A DNA stretch of 64,000 nt from Planctomycetota bacterium (GTDB lineage: Bacteria > Planctomycetota > PLA2 > JAEUHO01). Location of the stretch: the NCBI GenBank assembly GCA_965222115.1, contig CBDCTJ010000007.1, positions 2,496,001 to 2,560,000 on the forward strand. Direction: 5' to 3'. Numbering within the stretch: position 1 is the stretch's first letter; each line of letters begins with the position of its first letter. A program made the position numbers and the translations under genes. The notes below the pieces were generated by a model. That model was not told the origin of the DNA. It made no database searches and saw nothing but the letters and a program-made list of their open reading frames with translations. Shown here piece after piece: positions 1-10,349 of the stretch.

Positions 1-33
1 CGCCAGAAAAACCAGGTATTTTTGGCGCACGGA

Positions 34-1443
34 TTAGGGGTTGAGAATGTGGATGGCTTTGCCGTGAACGGCTTCGGCGGCTTCCATGAGGGATTCGGGC
101 CAGGTGGGGTGGGCGTGGACCGTGAGGGCAATGTCTTCGCTAGTGGCGCCCATTTCGATGGCGAGCGCGGCTTCGGCGATGAGGTCGGAAGCTTGGTAGC
201 CAACGCCGGACACGCCCAGTACTTCATCGGTTTCGGGATCCGCAATGATCTTTACGAATCCGTCGGTGGCACTCACGGAGAGCGCGCGACCCAAGGCTGT
301 GAACGGGAACTTGCCCACCTTTACGTTACGCCCCGCTTCTTTGGCCTCGTGTTCCTGTAGTCCTACGGTTGCGACTTCGGGATGGGTGAACGTTGCGGCG
401 GGCATGGCACGCACGTCGTAGACGCTACTCGTGTTCCCGGCCGCGTGCTCGGCTGCCACAATGCCTTCCTTGCTTGCCTTGTGGGCCAGCCACGGCAATC
501 CGGCGACGTCACCAATCGCGTAGATGTGTGGCACATTGGTCTGTCGGCTTTCGTTTACGGCGAAGTGACCCGTGTCGTCGATTTGTAAGCCGGCCGCATC
601 GCGACCCACGCGATCGGAATTGGGTTTGAAGCCAATCGCACACAGGACGACTTCGGAGGGTATCGACAGTTCTTTCCCCTTCTTATCCTTTGCTTTCACG
701 ATGAGGTTTTTGCCGGTGCCTTCGATGGCTGTGGCACCGGTTTCCTTATGAATCTTCCCCTTGAGTTTCTTGATCGACTTCTCGACCACCTTTACGAGGT
801 CGGGATCCGTACCGGGAAGGAGCGACTTGGTCAGCTCAATCACGGTCAACTTGGAACCCAAGCGCTGGAAGACAGTCCCTAGCTCTAGGCCAATCACGCC
901 GCCGCCAATTACCGTGAACGAATCCGGCACCCAATCGATGTCGAGCGCCTCGCGATAGGTCATGACATTGCCGCCGATGGGCAGAAACGGCAGGGTGGCC
1001 GCACGTGCTCCGGTAGCCACAATGCACTTGTCAAATGATACCGCCTGCGTCTTGCCGTCGCTGTCCTTCACAGCGAGAGCCTTCGGCGACGTGAACTCGG
1101 CATGTCCGTGAATCGTGGTCACGCCGTTCTTACTAAGCAAGAAACCAACACCTGTTGTGAGGCGATTGACGATGCCCGACTTCCACTCCTGGAGCTTCTT
1201 CCCGTCTACCTCGACATCACCAACGACAACGCCCATGGCATCGGCCTTGCGAATCTTGTCCACCAAGCCACTTGCGTAGATCAAGCTCTTTGAGGGAATG
1301 CAACCCACATTGAGACACACGCCACCAATCTTGTCCTCTTCGATGACGGCAGTCTTGAGTCCGAGTTGACCTGCACGAATGGCGGCCACATAGCCGCCCG
1401 GCCCAGATCCAATCACGACAAGATCAAAGTGTTGATCAGCCAT
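34..1443 (-). CDS. lpdA: dihydrolipoyl dehydrogenase (E3)
   Basis: GSGPGG FAD motif, GGVCLNVGCIPSK redox disulfide, GGGVIG NAD motif, C-terminal HAHPT; start placed at MADQHF. Confidence 0.96.
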   Translation of the reverse strand: MADQHFDLVVIGSGPGGYVAAIRAGQLGLKTAVIEEDKIGGVCLNVGCIPSKSLIYASGLVDKIRKADAMGVVVGDVEVDGKKLQEWKSGIVNRLTTGVGFLLSKNGVTTIHGHAEFTSPKALAVKDSDGKTQAVSFDKCIVATGARAATLPFLPIGGNVMTYREALDIDWVPDSFTVIGGGVIGLELGTVFQRLGSKLTVIELTKSLLPGTDPDLVKVVEKSIKKLKGKIHKETGATAIEGTGKNLIVKAKDKKGKELSIPSEVVLCAIGFKPNSDRVGRDAAGLQIDDTGHFAVNESRQTNVPHIYAIGDVAGLPWLAHKASKEGIVAAEHAAGNTSSVYDVRAMPAATFTHPEVATVGLQEHEAKEAGRNVKVGKFPFTALGRALSVSATDGFVKIIADPETDEVLGVSGVGYQASDLIAEAALAIEMGATSEDIALTVHAHPTWPESLMEAAEAVHGKAIHILNP

Positions 1444-1497
1444 TGAGAACTCCTCACGCGACGCGCGTAGCGCCTCGTGCATGAAAGAACAGATTCG

Positions 1498-2700
1498 TTA
1501 GACCGGAAGATCGCCCGCCAAACGCTCTTCTTGATCGCGAAGTTGCGCCGGTTTTTCGTGCCATACATCGGTGAAGAGTGTGGCGGGAGAAACGGCACTC
1601 GCGGCCTCCACCTGGGCAATGGTCTCACTGATGGTCTTGCCCGACGCGGCGAGAAAGTCTTCTTCGCGCCCTGCGTCCCACTCACCCTTGCTCTCGAGCC
1701 ATGTGCGAAGACGCAGTAGGGGATCACGTTTGATCCACATCGCGGCTTCACGTTCATCGCGATACTTGGTGGGGTCATCGGAAGAACTGTGACCGCCCAA
1801 TCGGTAGGTCAAACACTCAATAAATGTTGGGCCTTCACCATTTCGCGCGCGATCGACGGCCGCCTTGGTGGCGATGTAGCACGCGAGTGCATCGTTGCCG
1901 TCCACACGAATGCCAGGCATCCCGTAGGCGCGTGCCTTGATGGCCAGTGTTTCGCTCGCCGTTTGCATCGAAAGCGGAACTGAGATGGCCCACTGGTTGT
2001 TTTGGCACACAAACACAACCGGCGCCTTCCACACGCCGGCGAAATTGAGCCCGGCATGGAAGTCGTTCTCGGATGTGGCCCCGTCACCCAGATAACCGCC
2101 AACAACGCGATCGGTTTCGCCTCGAACTTGCATGGCACGCGCAGCACCGACGGCCTGCGAAACCTGCGTAGCAATGGGCGAGCTGAGCGTGACGAAGTGA
2201 TTGGCCGGATCTGAGTAGTGACATGGCATTTGCCGGCCTTTGGTGGGATCGGCATCGTTGGCAAAGCACTGGGCGATGTAGTCGGCCAAGGGCATGCCGC
2301 GCCAAAGCGCTATCGCGCCTTCGCGAAGGGCGGGGAAGAGCCAGTCGTCGGCTTCAAACGCTGCACCCGAACCAAGTGCTGCGCCCTCTTGTCCCTTGGC
2401 GGTTCCGTAGAAACCGATTCGACCCTGCCGCTGCAGGTTCAGCATGCGCTGATCGAGCGCTCGTTGAAACAACATGGCCTCAAGCAAGCGTGCGGCGAGT
2501 CCCTTTGGCAAGGACGGGAGCGTGCCTACTTCCTTGCCGTTTTCATCCACAAGCTGATAGAGCCCGAGCGGTCCGACCTCGTAAGGATCGAGCGCGCCAC
2601 GCGGCGCCTTCTTGCTTGCGCGTTTTTTTGCAGGGGTTCGCTTCTTGGCGGCCATAGCATCCGACTTCTTGGTGGTGGATCCGGTGGACTCTGGCGTCAC
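1498..2700 (-). CDS. 2-oxoacid (pyruvate/branched-chain) dehydrogenase E1 alpha subunit, copy 2
   Basis: LQRQGRIGFY, GRQMPCH, GDGATSENDFH...NN ThDP motif, YRLGGHSSSDDP. Confidence 0.93.
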   Translation of the reverse strand: MTPESTGSTTKKSDAMAAKKRTPAKKRASKKAPRGALDPYEVGPLGLYQLVDENGKEVGTLPSLPKGLAARLLEAMLFQRALDQRMLNLQRQGRIGFYGTAKGQEGAALGSGAAFEADDWLFPALREGAIALWRGMPLADYIAQCFANDADPTKGRQMPCHYSDPANHFVTLSSPIATQVSQAVGAARAMQVRGETDRVVGGYLGDGATSENDFHAGLNFAGVWKAPVVFVCQNNQWAISVPLSMQTASETLAIKARAYGMPGIRVDGNDALACYIATKAAVDRARNGEGPTFIECLTYRLGGHSSSDDPTKYRDEREAAMWIKRDPLLRLRTWLESKGEWDAGREEDFLAASGKTISETIAQVEAASAVSPATLFTDVWHEKPAQLRDQEERLAGDLPV

Positions 2701-2703
2701 GAG

Positions 2704-4011
2704 CTACACGCCTTCTATCAGCATCAAACCGGGTTGCTCAAGCAAACGAATGAGCTCATTCATGAACCGAGCGGCTGTAGCGCCGTCCACGATTCGGTGA
2801 TCAAGTGTGATGGAAAGATTGCACATCTTCCGAATCACAATCTCACCGTCGCGCACGACCGGTGTGTCGGCAATCTTATACACACCAAGAATACCTACTT
2901 CGGGGTAGTTGAGAATTGGCGTGGCCAAGATGCCACCGATGCTTCCCGCACTTGTAATCGTAAACGTGCTACCTTTGAGATCTTCGACCGCAATCTTCTT
3001 GTTACGTGCAGCCTCGGTCACGCGCTGAAGCTCGGAAGCAATCTGCAAGATGCTGAGGCGATCGACTTCCTTGATGACGGGTACCGTGAGGCCCAAGGGG
3101 GTATCCGTGGCAATGCCTATGTTGTAGTCGCCCTTCACGATGTAGCTGTTGTTGTTGTCGTCTACCAATGCATTGACGGTGGGGAACTTACGGAAGCACG
3201 AAACCAATGCCTTGATGATGAACGGCAGGTAGGTGAGCTTGACGCCTTCCGCAGCTGCGGCGGCCTTGGCTTCCTTGCGGAGCTTAGCCAAGTTGGTCAT
3301 GTCGCATTCGTCGGCGAACGTGAAGTGCGGCGAGAACTGTTTCGAGCGCACCATTTGTTCGGCAATCTTTCCGCGCAAACCTCGCAGTGGAACCACCTGG
3401 TCTTCGCGACGCGCGGCGACAGGCGGAAGTTCGACCCGTGCGCGAGGTGCACTCGCCGCAACGGGCGCGGGCACAACCCCTGGTGCACCGCCGCCGCGAT
3501 AGTTTTCCACGTCCTTGCGTGTCACCCGGCCACGTTCGCCGGTTGCGGGAATCGCGTTCAGATCATAGCCACGCTCGCGGGCGAGTTTGCGTACGGCGGG
3601 CGCCGCCAGAGTGCGTTCGCGAAGCACCGAAGTCGTGGATCCGTTCGAGGAAGAGATCGGCGCGGCCGCAACGGGAGTTGGTGCCGCCTTGGGTACGCTC
3701 GCGGTAGGTGTCTGCGTTGATGCTGGAGCCGGCGCTTCGGCTTTCGTGTCGCCGCCGCCTGCAGTTCCGCCACCCTTCCCGTTGTCGATCACAACCATGA
3801 TCGATCCTACAGGAATGGTCTCGCCTTCCTGCGCCTTGATGCTCTTGATGGTGCCCGCGCACGGTGAGGTGATCTCAACCGTCGCTTTGTCCGTCATGAC
3901 TTCAACCATCGGCTGATCGTCTTTGACGACGTCACCTTCTTTGACGAGCCACGTAACGACTTCGCCTTCAGTCAGTCCTTCGCCAATGTCGGGGAGCTTG
4001 AATTCGTACAT
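2704..4011 (-). CDS. dihydrolipoamide acyltransferase (E2)
   Basis: Lipoyl domain EVMTDKATVE, Ala/Pro linker, E3-binding APAVRKLARE, catalytic DHRIVDG. Confidence 0.95.
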   Translation of the reverse strand: MYEFKLPDIGEGLTEGEVVTWLVKEGDVVKDDQPMVEVMTDKATVEITSPCAGTIKSIKAQEGETIPVGSIMVVIDNGKGGGTAGGGDTKAEAPAPASTQTPTASVPKAAPTPVAAAPISSSNGSTTSVLRERTLAAPAVRKLARERGYDLNAIPATGERGRVTRKDVENYRGGGAPGVVPAPVAASAPRARVELPPVAARREDQVVPLRGLRGKIAEQMVRSKQFSPHFTFADECDMTNLAKLRKEAKAAAAAEGVKLTYLPFIIKALVSCFRKFPTVNALVDDNNNSYIVKGDYNIGIATDTPLGLTVPVIKEVDRLSILQIASELQRVTEAARNKKIAVEDLKGSTFTITSAGSIGGILATPILNYPEVGILGVYKIADTPVVRDGEIVIRKMCNLSITLDHRIVDGATAARFMNELIRLLEQPGLMLIEGV

Positions 4012-4070
4012 AGAGTCTCTCGTGTCGATTCGAATGGTGTGTTTGCAGGATGGGGGCGCCTCGTGATTGG

Positions 4071-5048
4071 CTATTCCCAGCGCGCCGTGTACTCAATGGC
4101 ATTGAGTACACGTGCCTTGTCGGGCTTGTACACATGCTCAAGCGCATAGGGGAAGGGCGTGTCGAATCCTGCAACACGAGCGATGGGCGCTTCGAGATAC
4201 TCGATGGCTTTCTCGGCAACTGTTGCAGACACTTCGGAAGCGAAACCACACGTGCGTGGTGCTTCCTGAACGGCCACACAACGCCCGGTCTTCTTTACGC
4301 TTTCAACTACTGACGCAGCGTCCCACGGAAGCAAGCTGCGAAGATCAATGATCTCAGCGTCGATGCCCTTTTCTGCGGCCTCCGCCGCCGCAGCCTCAAC
4401 GATGGGCACCATAGCGCCCCACGTGACAACCGTGATGTCGTTGCCGCTGCGCACCGTGCGTGCCTTGTCGAGCTCAACGGTGAAGTAGCCCTCGTCCACG
4501 TCTTGTTTGCCATGGCGATAAAGTGCTTTGGGCTCTAAGAACAGCACCGGGTCATCGCAAAAGATGGATGAGAGCAACATGCCCTTCGCGTCAGACGGTG
4601 TGCTTGGCATGACCACGCGCAAGCCGGGTGTGTGGGCAAAGTAGGCCTCACTTGACTGCGAGTGATAGTGACCGCCGCGAATGCCTCCACCGGACGGCGA
4701 ACGAATCACCATGGGGCAGGTGAAGTGACCGCCGGAGCGATAGCGCATTTTCGCGGCCTCGGAAACGATTTGGTCAAAGCCGGGATAGATAAAATCTAAG
4801 AATTGAATCTCTGGCACCGGTCGCAACCCGTAGAGCGCCATGCCAATGGCTGTGCCCATGATGCCGCACTCTGAAAGCGGCGTATCCATCACGCGCAGGT
4901 CGCCGTACTTGTTGTGAAGTCCGTCGGTGGCGCCAAATACGCCACCTTTCTTGCCGATATCTTCACCCAACATCACAACGTCGCCATCGCGATCCATCGC
5001 GAGATGCAGGGCGTCGTTGATGGCTTGCAGCATGGTCATCTGAGGCAT
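4071..5048 (-). CDS. 2-oxoacid dehydrogenase E1 beta subunit
   Basis: GEDIG..GGVF, DTPLSE, EIQF, GGHYHSQS, IDLRSL motifs. Confidence 0.95.
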   Translation of the reverse strand: MPQMTMLQAINDALHLAMDRDGDVVMLGEDIGKKGGVFGATDGLHNKYGDLRVMDTPLSECGIMGTAIGMALYGLRPVPEIQFLDFIYPGFDQIVSEAAKMRYRSGGHFTCPMVIRSPSGGGIRGGHYHSQSSEAYFAHTPGLRVVMPSTPSDAKGMLLSSIFCDDPVLFLEPKALYRHGKQDVDEGYFTVELDKARTVRSGNDITVVTWGAMVPIVEAAAAEAAEKGIDAEIIDLRSLLPWDAASVVESVKKTGRCVAVQEAPRTCGFASEVSATVAEKAIEYLEAPIARVAGFDTPFPYALEHVYKPDKARVLNAIEYTARWE

Positions 5049-5120
5049 GAGCTGATTCCTGAATGCGTGTCGAATGGGATTCGACGAAATACGGGTATTG
5101 AAACGAAGGCGAGCGAACGT

Positions 5121-6245
5121 TTAGAGCGGGAACGCGCCGCCCGTGTCTTCAATGTCGCCGCTGCGCTTGATCTGATCCATCAACGCGTCGCGCTGCTCAC
5201 GGAGCTGGGCGGGCATCTCGTGCCACACGTCATCAAAGAGCGTCTCTACCGCCGGCTGGGGCGTGCTCTCAGCGGCTTCGACCGCCGCGGCGATGTCGGC
5301 CTGGATCGTTTCGGTAAGCTCCTTCTCCCAAGCCTCTGTCCAGAGCTTCTTCGTCTTGAGCCACGCACGGAAACGATCAATTGGGTCCTTCTTCTGCCAG
5401 GATTCGAATAGTTCTTTGGCTTGATAGCGGGACGGATCGTCACTTGACGAGTGGGGACCCATGCGGAAGGTCACCGTTTCGATCAGCGTGGGACCTTCTC
5501 CCTTTACTGCGCGTTCGCGAGCTTCCTTCGCGGCTTCGTACACTGCGAGCACGTCATTGCCATCGACACGCACGCCGCGCATGCCGTAGGCGATGGCCTT
5601 GTCGGCAAACGTTGTGGACGCGGTCTGTTGTTCCTGGGGAACTGAGATCGCCCAGTGGTTGTTCTCACACATGAACACGCACGGCGATTTCCATACACCC
5701 GCGAAATTGAGCCCCGCATGGAAGTCGTTGGATGACGTTCCACCATCGCCAAACCATGCCCACACGACTTTCTTGTCGCCGCGAATCTGTGCCGCACGCG
5801 CTGCACCTGCGGCCTGGCTAATCTGCGTGCCGATGGGCGAACTGATGCTTACCCAGTTGATATCGGGTATCGCAAAGTGGTTGGGCATCTGGCGACCCTT
5901 GACGAGGTCGGTGGCATTGCCCCAAAGTTGGTCGTAGAGCACCTTAAGTGGCACGTTCTTGAGCAGTGCGATCGAATGCGTGCGATACGACGGGAAGAGT
6001 ACGTCCTCATCGCCAAATGCATAGGCGGCACCAATCTGGCTCGCTTCCTGGCCTTTCGAGGGCACGAAAAATCCGATTCTGCCCTGACGCTGAAGGTTCA
6101 TGCCCCGCTGATCAAAGAGGCGCGTCATCAGCATGGCGCGAAAGAGGGACTTGAAATCCTCGTCCTTGAGGCCCGCAGGCGCGCGGCCCTTGGCCTTTCC
6201 CTTCGCTTCCATGACCGAGTGCATAGGTGGGGGTGCCGTGGTCAT
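5121..6245 (-). CDS. 2-oxoacid dehydrogenase E1 alpha subunit, copy 1
   Basis: LQRQGRIGFF, GRQMPNH, GDGGTSSNDFH, FRMGPHSSSDDP; GAGGAG RBS before ATG at 6245. Confidence 0.93.
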   Translation of the reverse strand: MTTAPPPMHSVMEAKGKAKGRAPAGLKDEDFKSLFRAMLMTRLFDQRGMNLQRQGRIGFFVPSKGQEASQIGAAYAFGDEDVLFPSYRTHSIALLKNVPLKVLYDQLWGNATDLVKGRQMPNHFAIPDINWVSISSPIGTQISQAAGAARAAQIRGDKKVVWAWFGDGGTSSNDFHAGLNFAGVWKSPCVFMCENNHWAISVPQEQQTASTTFADKAIAYGMRGVRVDGNDVLAVYEAAKEARERAVKGEGPTLIETVTFRMGPHSSSDDPSRYQAKELFESWQKKDPIDRFRAWLKTKKLWTEAWEKELTETIQADIAAAVEAAESTPQPAVETLFDDVWHEMPAQLREQRDALMDQIKRSGDIEDTGGAFPL

Positions 6246-6531
6246 GAAAACTCCTCTTTCGTGTGTCTCCGTCGCAACGAACAACCCGAGAGACGCCAAG
6301 CGAACGCGAAGGATACGCCGTCTCGAACTCGCCTCCAAGCGGCGTAGGTAGACCTACTCGCATTTGATTGCTATATGCAAATAAATCGATCAAAGTGTAC
6401 TTGTCTGTTGCCCAGCAAGGCACCACGCGCCGTACAGACAGCCCAAAAAATGGGGAGATGCGTGCATTCGATGGCGCTTTGAGGGTCGTCCGTGCGTACT
6501 ACGATGCCGACGTCTTTTTGGAGTCTACACC

Positions 6532-7050
6532 TTGCCGTCACCATACTTACAGCGGTTCGTGCACGCTCAACGCACCCGCCTGGCAATGAGCTGCTTCCTG
6601 GCCCTATTGCTTGTGGCTTGCGGCGGGAATGACACGTCCCTTTCCCGCGAAACAAGCAAATCGATGTCGGGCACCAAGACACCCGCACAGGTGCTAACGC
6701 GCCTCCGCACGGTCCTGAAGGACGGCCAAGGGCTGGCCAACGCGAATTGGCAGGAAGACATCGAAGCGGTAGTCAATGCCCTATGGCCCGATGCGCCCAC
6801 CTCCGAGCCCGCCATGCTGCACCGTCGATTGAGCATGATTACGGCCGACACAGCGCGCTGGCTTGCCCGCGGCAATGACGCGCGCATTGAATGGGAATTG
6901 AGATACCCGCTCGACGTCGCCATTCACGATGGATATCTGAAAGCGACCGGCATGGGCCCGGATGCGTACAAGGCGTGGTGCACCAGTGAAGGTGCCATGC
7001 TGCTCGACAAGAAGATTCGCGAGCAGATGCGCGAAGCCAAGAATCGATAG
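6532..7050 (+). CDS. hypothetical lipoprotein
   Basis: Lipobox LLLVA-CGG; start uncertain (possibly ATG 6586). Confidence 0.65.
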   Translation: MPSPYLQRFVHAQRTRLAMSCFLALLLVACGGNDTSLSRETSKSMSGTKTPAQVLTRLRTVLKDGQGLANANWQEDIEAVVNALWPDAPTSEPAMLHRRLSMITADTARWLARGNDARIEWELRYPLDVAIHDGYLKATGMGPDAYKAWCTSEGAMLLDKKIREQMREAKNR

Positions 7051-7091
7051 ACTCGGTTTGCCAATCTTAGTCATGTCTGGCGGGGGCAATC

Positions 7092-7637
7092 ATGTTTGAA
7101 GCATTTCGAGAAGACGAATGGGCGAACGCGCTTTCGTGGTACGACTATCTGAAGACGGTTAAGACGAAAGAAGACATTTGGGCGAGCTATGAGAAGCGCG
7201 CACGTGTGTCAGAACTAGCAGCATCACGATTGAAGGCACTGCCCGGGAGACGTAGGGCGCTGGTGTTGACCGAAGATTGGTGCGGCGACGCAGCGCGTTC
7301 CGTGCCACAGCTTCAAGCCATCTTTGATGCGACGGATCTCGTTGAGGCGCGGTACTTGTTGTCGGACGATCATCCAGATGTACTTTCGCGCTACACGTCG
7401 CACGGCGGTCGTGCTATTCCGATGTGCATCATTCAAGACGAGAAGAACAACGTGTTGGGTGTGTGGGGGCCACGACCGGCAGCGTTGCAGACAGTCATGC
7501 GGGCACGCAAAGTTGAGTTGGGGCCTTCGACGAAGGAGAATTTGGCCGAGTGGTACTCGCCTATTCTGGCGTGGTATGCGAAAGACAAGGGCGAGGCGGT
7601 GACGGATGAGATTCTGTTGGTTTTGGAGCGGGGGTAA
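7092..7637 (+). CDS. thioredoxin family protein (Thioredoxin_9-like)
   Basis: LTEDWCGDA, GGRAIP cis-Pro loop, WGPRP. Confidence 0.85.
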   Translation: MFEAFREDEWANALSWYDYLKTVKTKEDIWASYEKRARVSELAASRLKALPGRRRALVLTEDWCGDAARSVPQLQAIFDATDLVEARYLLSDDHPDVLSRYTSHGGRAIPMCIIQDEKNNVLGVWGPRPAALQTVMRARKVELGPSTKENLAEWYSPILAWYAKDKGEAVTDEILLVLERG

Positions 7638-7727
7638 TGGTTGATTGATGATCCCGCAAGTTCTATCGTCGAGACGGACTCCTACTCGTGCTACTGGTTC
7701 GAGCGAACAAGTGCCGAGCATCAATCT

Positions 7728-9227
7728 CTAGTCGATAATCTCAAGTCGGACAAGAGCCTCTGCTTCGCCGCCCGCTCTATTCAGAATGAGATCTGCACGA
7801 CCCACTGGCACACCTGGCATCGGAGGAATAGTGAATGTGGCTCGCGTGGGCGAATGGACCGTGAGCACATAGTCGCGAGCCTCCCCACTGTCTGGGTGGC
7901 TACTGTCGAATGGGAATAGCACTGCGACATTGACGGTTGTGTCGAACTTGAAACCCTCGAGGCTTACAACCGCTCCCGCTGCGCGGCTCACGGCACGTGG
8001 CGAGATGCTGGTAATCGACACTCCACGTGGTTTGACATCGATCCTGTCCTGGATGTCCTTGGAGCCAGAAATGCAAAGGGCGAGAGTCTGGCCGAACTGG
8101 AATGGCGTGCTCGACTTCAAAGTGGATTCAGTCTGTCCAGCTACGTGAGAGTCCGATGCAAGGTTCGTTATTTTGTCACCTTGTGCGTTCATGCTCCAGA
8201 GTTCGAACGATGTCGAAGGTGGGCCGACGATTCTGATCGTGGTCTCGCCCACAAGGGCAGGCCATATGAAATAAGGAGACGCCTCATCGGACTCGAGCAC
8301 ATCATTCCTCACTGTCTGTTGCTCATCCGCACGCCCATCGCCATCCGTGTCGCGAACACGCAAGTCTTCGAAGACTGTACCTACCATCGCGGGGTCATCA
8401 CGATAGAGGCAAAGGCACTTGTCCGCCGTGTTGAACTCGATGACTCTGGTCTCCTTAAGCTCGTGCGTCTTTGTTGAGTCGAGAAAAACTGTCGCTGACA
8501 GGGCGTCGGGAACCCTGTCACCATTCCTGTCTGTCACGCGGCGAATTTCGTAGTTGCGCGTGTCGAACACGTAGCACTCCCCTGAGATAGTAGGAGCCAC
8601 GCTTGTCCAGCGTGCTCCTCCTGCAGGCGGGCTCGGATCCTCAATCGTAGCAACCAACTCATTTGCGGTGAAATGTCCGTCGTCGTTGGCGTCCCTGTAG
8701 TATTCAAGTCGGCCCTGGATGACTCCCACGATCTCAACATCGCCAACGATGCCGAGCAACAATCGGTCATCCGTCGATCGGTTGTACACGACGAATTCGT
8801 GAATCAGCGTGTAGTCAGTGGCAAGGGACGTTGGATTCTGTGGAGGCAACGAATGGGGTGCGCATTCGATCGTTGATGCACCTACTAGAAAATAATCCGC
8901 CTCAACTGCGGCACCGTGTGGATCTAGGATGCCAAACTGCATACCAAGGAGCGGAATTACGACTTCTGATGAGGTTGGCGGCAATGCTGCCTGGGCATTG
9001 AACGGCACCCACGGCGTATACACATCTGTTTCGTCTAGATGCGGATCATCGGCTGAGGATCCGCAGGAGACGAGCATGATCGCGCATACCAGGCCGACAG
9101 CCAGTCGGTACGCGTACGAGATTAGGGACTTAGACATACCGCGCTTCATCGTATCAATCGGAGAGGCGATGTACGGATCGATTGTGAATCTCGCGGGCGA
9201 CAAATTGGCGGACTGATGTTCGACCAT
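7728..9227 (-). CDS. hypothetical lipoprotein with DxDxDG-type loops and C-terminal IPT/TIG-like domain
   Basis: Lipobox MLVS-CG; DANDDG, DRNGDR, DTDGDG motifs; ITSISPRAV...VSLEG TIG-like pattern; start uncertain. Confidence 0.65.
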   Translation of the reverse strand: MVEHQSANLSPARFTIDPYIASPIDTMKRGMSKSLISYAYRLAVGLVCAIMLVSCGSSADDPHLDETDVYTPWVPFNAQAALPPTSSEVVIPLLGMQFGILDPHGAAVEADYFLVGASTIECAPHSLPPQNPTSLATDYTLIHEFVVYNRSTDDRLLLGIVGDVEIVGVIQGRLEYYRDANDDGHFTANELVATIEDPSPPAGGARWTSVAPTISGECYVFDTRNYEIRRVTDRNGDRVPDALSATVFLDSTKTHELKETRVIEFNTADKCLCLYRDDPAMVGTVFEDLRVRDTDGDGRADEQQTVRNDVLESDEASPYFIWPALVGETTIRIVGPPSTSFELWSMNAQGDKITNLASDSHVAGQTESTLKSSTPFQFGQTLALCISGSKDIQDRIDVKPRGVSITSISPRAVSRAAGAVVSLEGFKFDTTVNVAVLFPFDSSHPDSGEARDYVLTVHSPTRATFTIPPMPGVPVGRADLILNRAGGEAEALVRLEIID

Positions 9228-9386
9228 GAACGAATAGGGTCAGGCAACAGATTAGGATTCGGATTCAGACGCGGAAAGAGTTTGTGGTCACATTGTCTCC
9301 TTCCTGCACAATCTCCTTCGAAGTGATTCAGCACGCAATCATTCGCGTCGAGTTACGGTGTAGATGACTCATCGTAGGAGCAGGGT

Positions 9387-10349
9387 ATGCACCGACTCAT
9401 AACCTTCGTCCGCGCGAGCCTAGATCTCTTCGTCAAGACCCTCGCGATCTTCGCATTGGCGAACGTGTTGATCGCGGCCGTAGCGCCGTCCTACGCCTGC
9501 AACTGGTTGTGGATTCAGGGATCGCCGGTGCCGTCGGGTCTGGTGACGCTCATTCTGATTGGCTTCGGCCTGAGTACTTTGTTGAGAACAAAGGCCGCGC
9601 GAGGGTTTACGTTCGCAGTTGCGGGGATCTGCTTGCTGGATGCAATCTCGTATTGGTCATTGCTTGACCGCGGCGAGATCCAATCGTCCGTCGGCGTGCC
9701 CATGAGTGCTGGTATTGCGGCGCTCCTGCTGGGAGGTGTCGTCTTTCCGCGCATGGTCATACGAGGGCGTGCGCGTCGGTGGCTGGGGCGGGTTGCGGTT
9801 GTCGCCGCGGTGTCGATGATGCTGGTCAGTTGCGTGTGGGTGCATTTGACCTGCTTTGGTGAAAGTAACTACCGACGCGAGGCCGACGCCGCGGTGGTGT
9901 TTGGGTGCAAGGTGAATGTCGATGGACGGCCAAGCGGCGCGCTGCTCGATCGCACGCGCACTGCCTGCGATCTATACAACCGAGGACTTGTTTCGCAGTT
10001 GGTGTTTTCCGGTGGACACACGCCCGGCACGGCGTTGAGTGAACCCGAGTGCATGAAACGCATCGCGGTGCGTGCCGGCGTACCGGAGCATGCAATTGTG
10101 CTCGACCTCAAAGGCGCAACCACGAGGGATACGCTGGATGAAGTCGCGCGCCTGTCCAAGCACAACGATTGGACGCGCGTTCTCATGGTGAGCCACGACT
10201 ATCACTTGGCGCGCATCAAGCTCGCTTGCAAACGACGTGGGATCGCTGGCTATACCGTTCCCGCAGTCGAAACGGTTCCGTGGCCCGGTAAGCCCTTGGC
10301 CGTCATGCGTGAGATTACCGCGTTCGGGTGGTACGTAATTAAGGCGTAG
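9387..10349 (+). CDS. YdcF/DUF218 family membrane protein
   Basis: N-terminal TM helices, then AVVFG, FSGG, SE..CM, VSHDYHLARI, RE motifs. Confidence 0.85.
   Translation: MHRLITFVRASLDLFVKTLAIFALANVLIAAVAPSYACNWLWIQGSPVPSGLVTLILIGFGLSTLLRTKAARGFTFAVAGICLLDAISYWSLLDRGEIQSSVGVPMSAGIAALLLGGVVFPRMVIRGRARRWLGRVAVVAAVSMMLVSCVWVHLTCFGESNYRREADAAVVFGCKVNVDGRPSGALLDRTRTACDLYNRGLVSQLVFSGGHTPGTALSEPECMKRIAVRAGVPEHAIVLDLKGATTRDTLDEVARLSKHNDWTRVLMVSHDYHLARIKLACKRRGIAGYTVPAVETVPWPGKPLAVMREITAFGWYVIKA

Noticed and set aside
2218-3720. 500-aa plus-strand ORF (and many similar long antisense ORFs, e.g. 10481-11332, 43829-44650)
   Set aside because: Antisense shadows of well-supported genes in GC-rich DNA; no recognisable motifs
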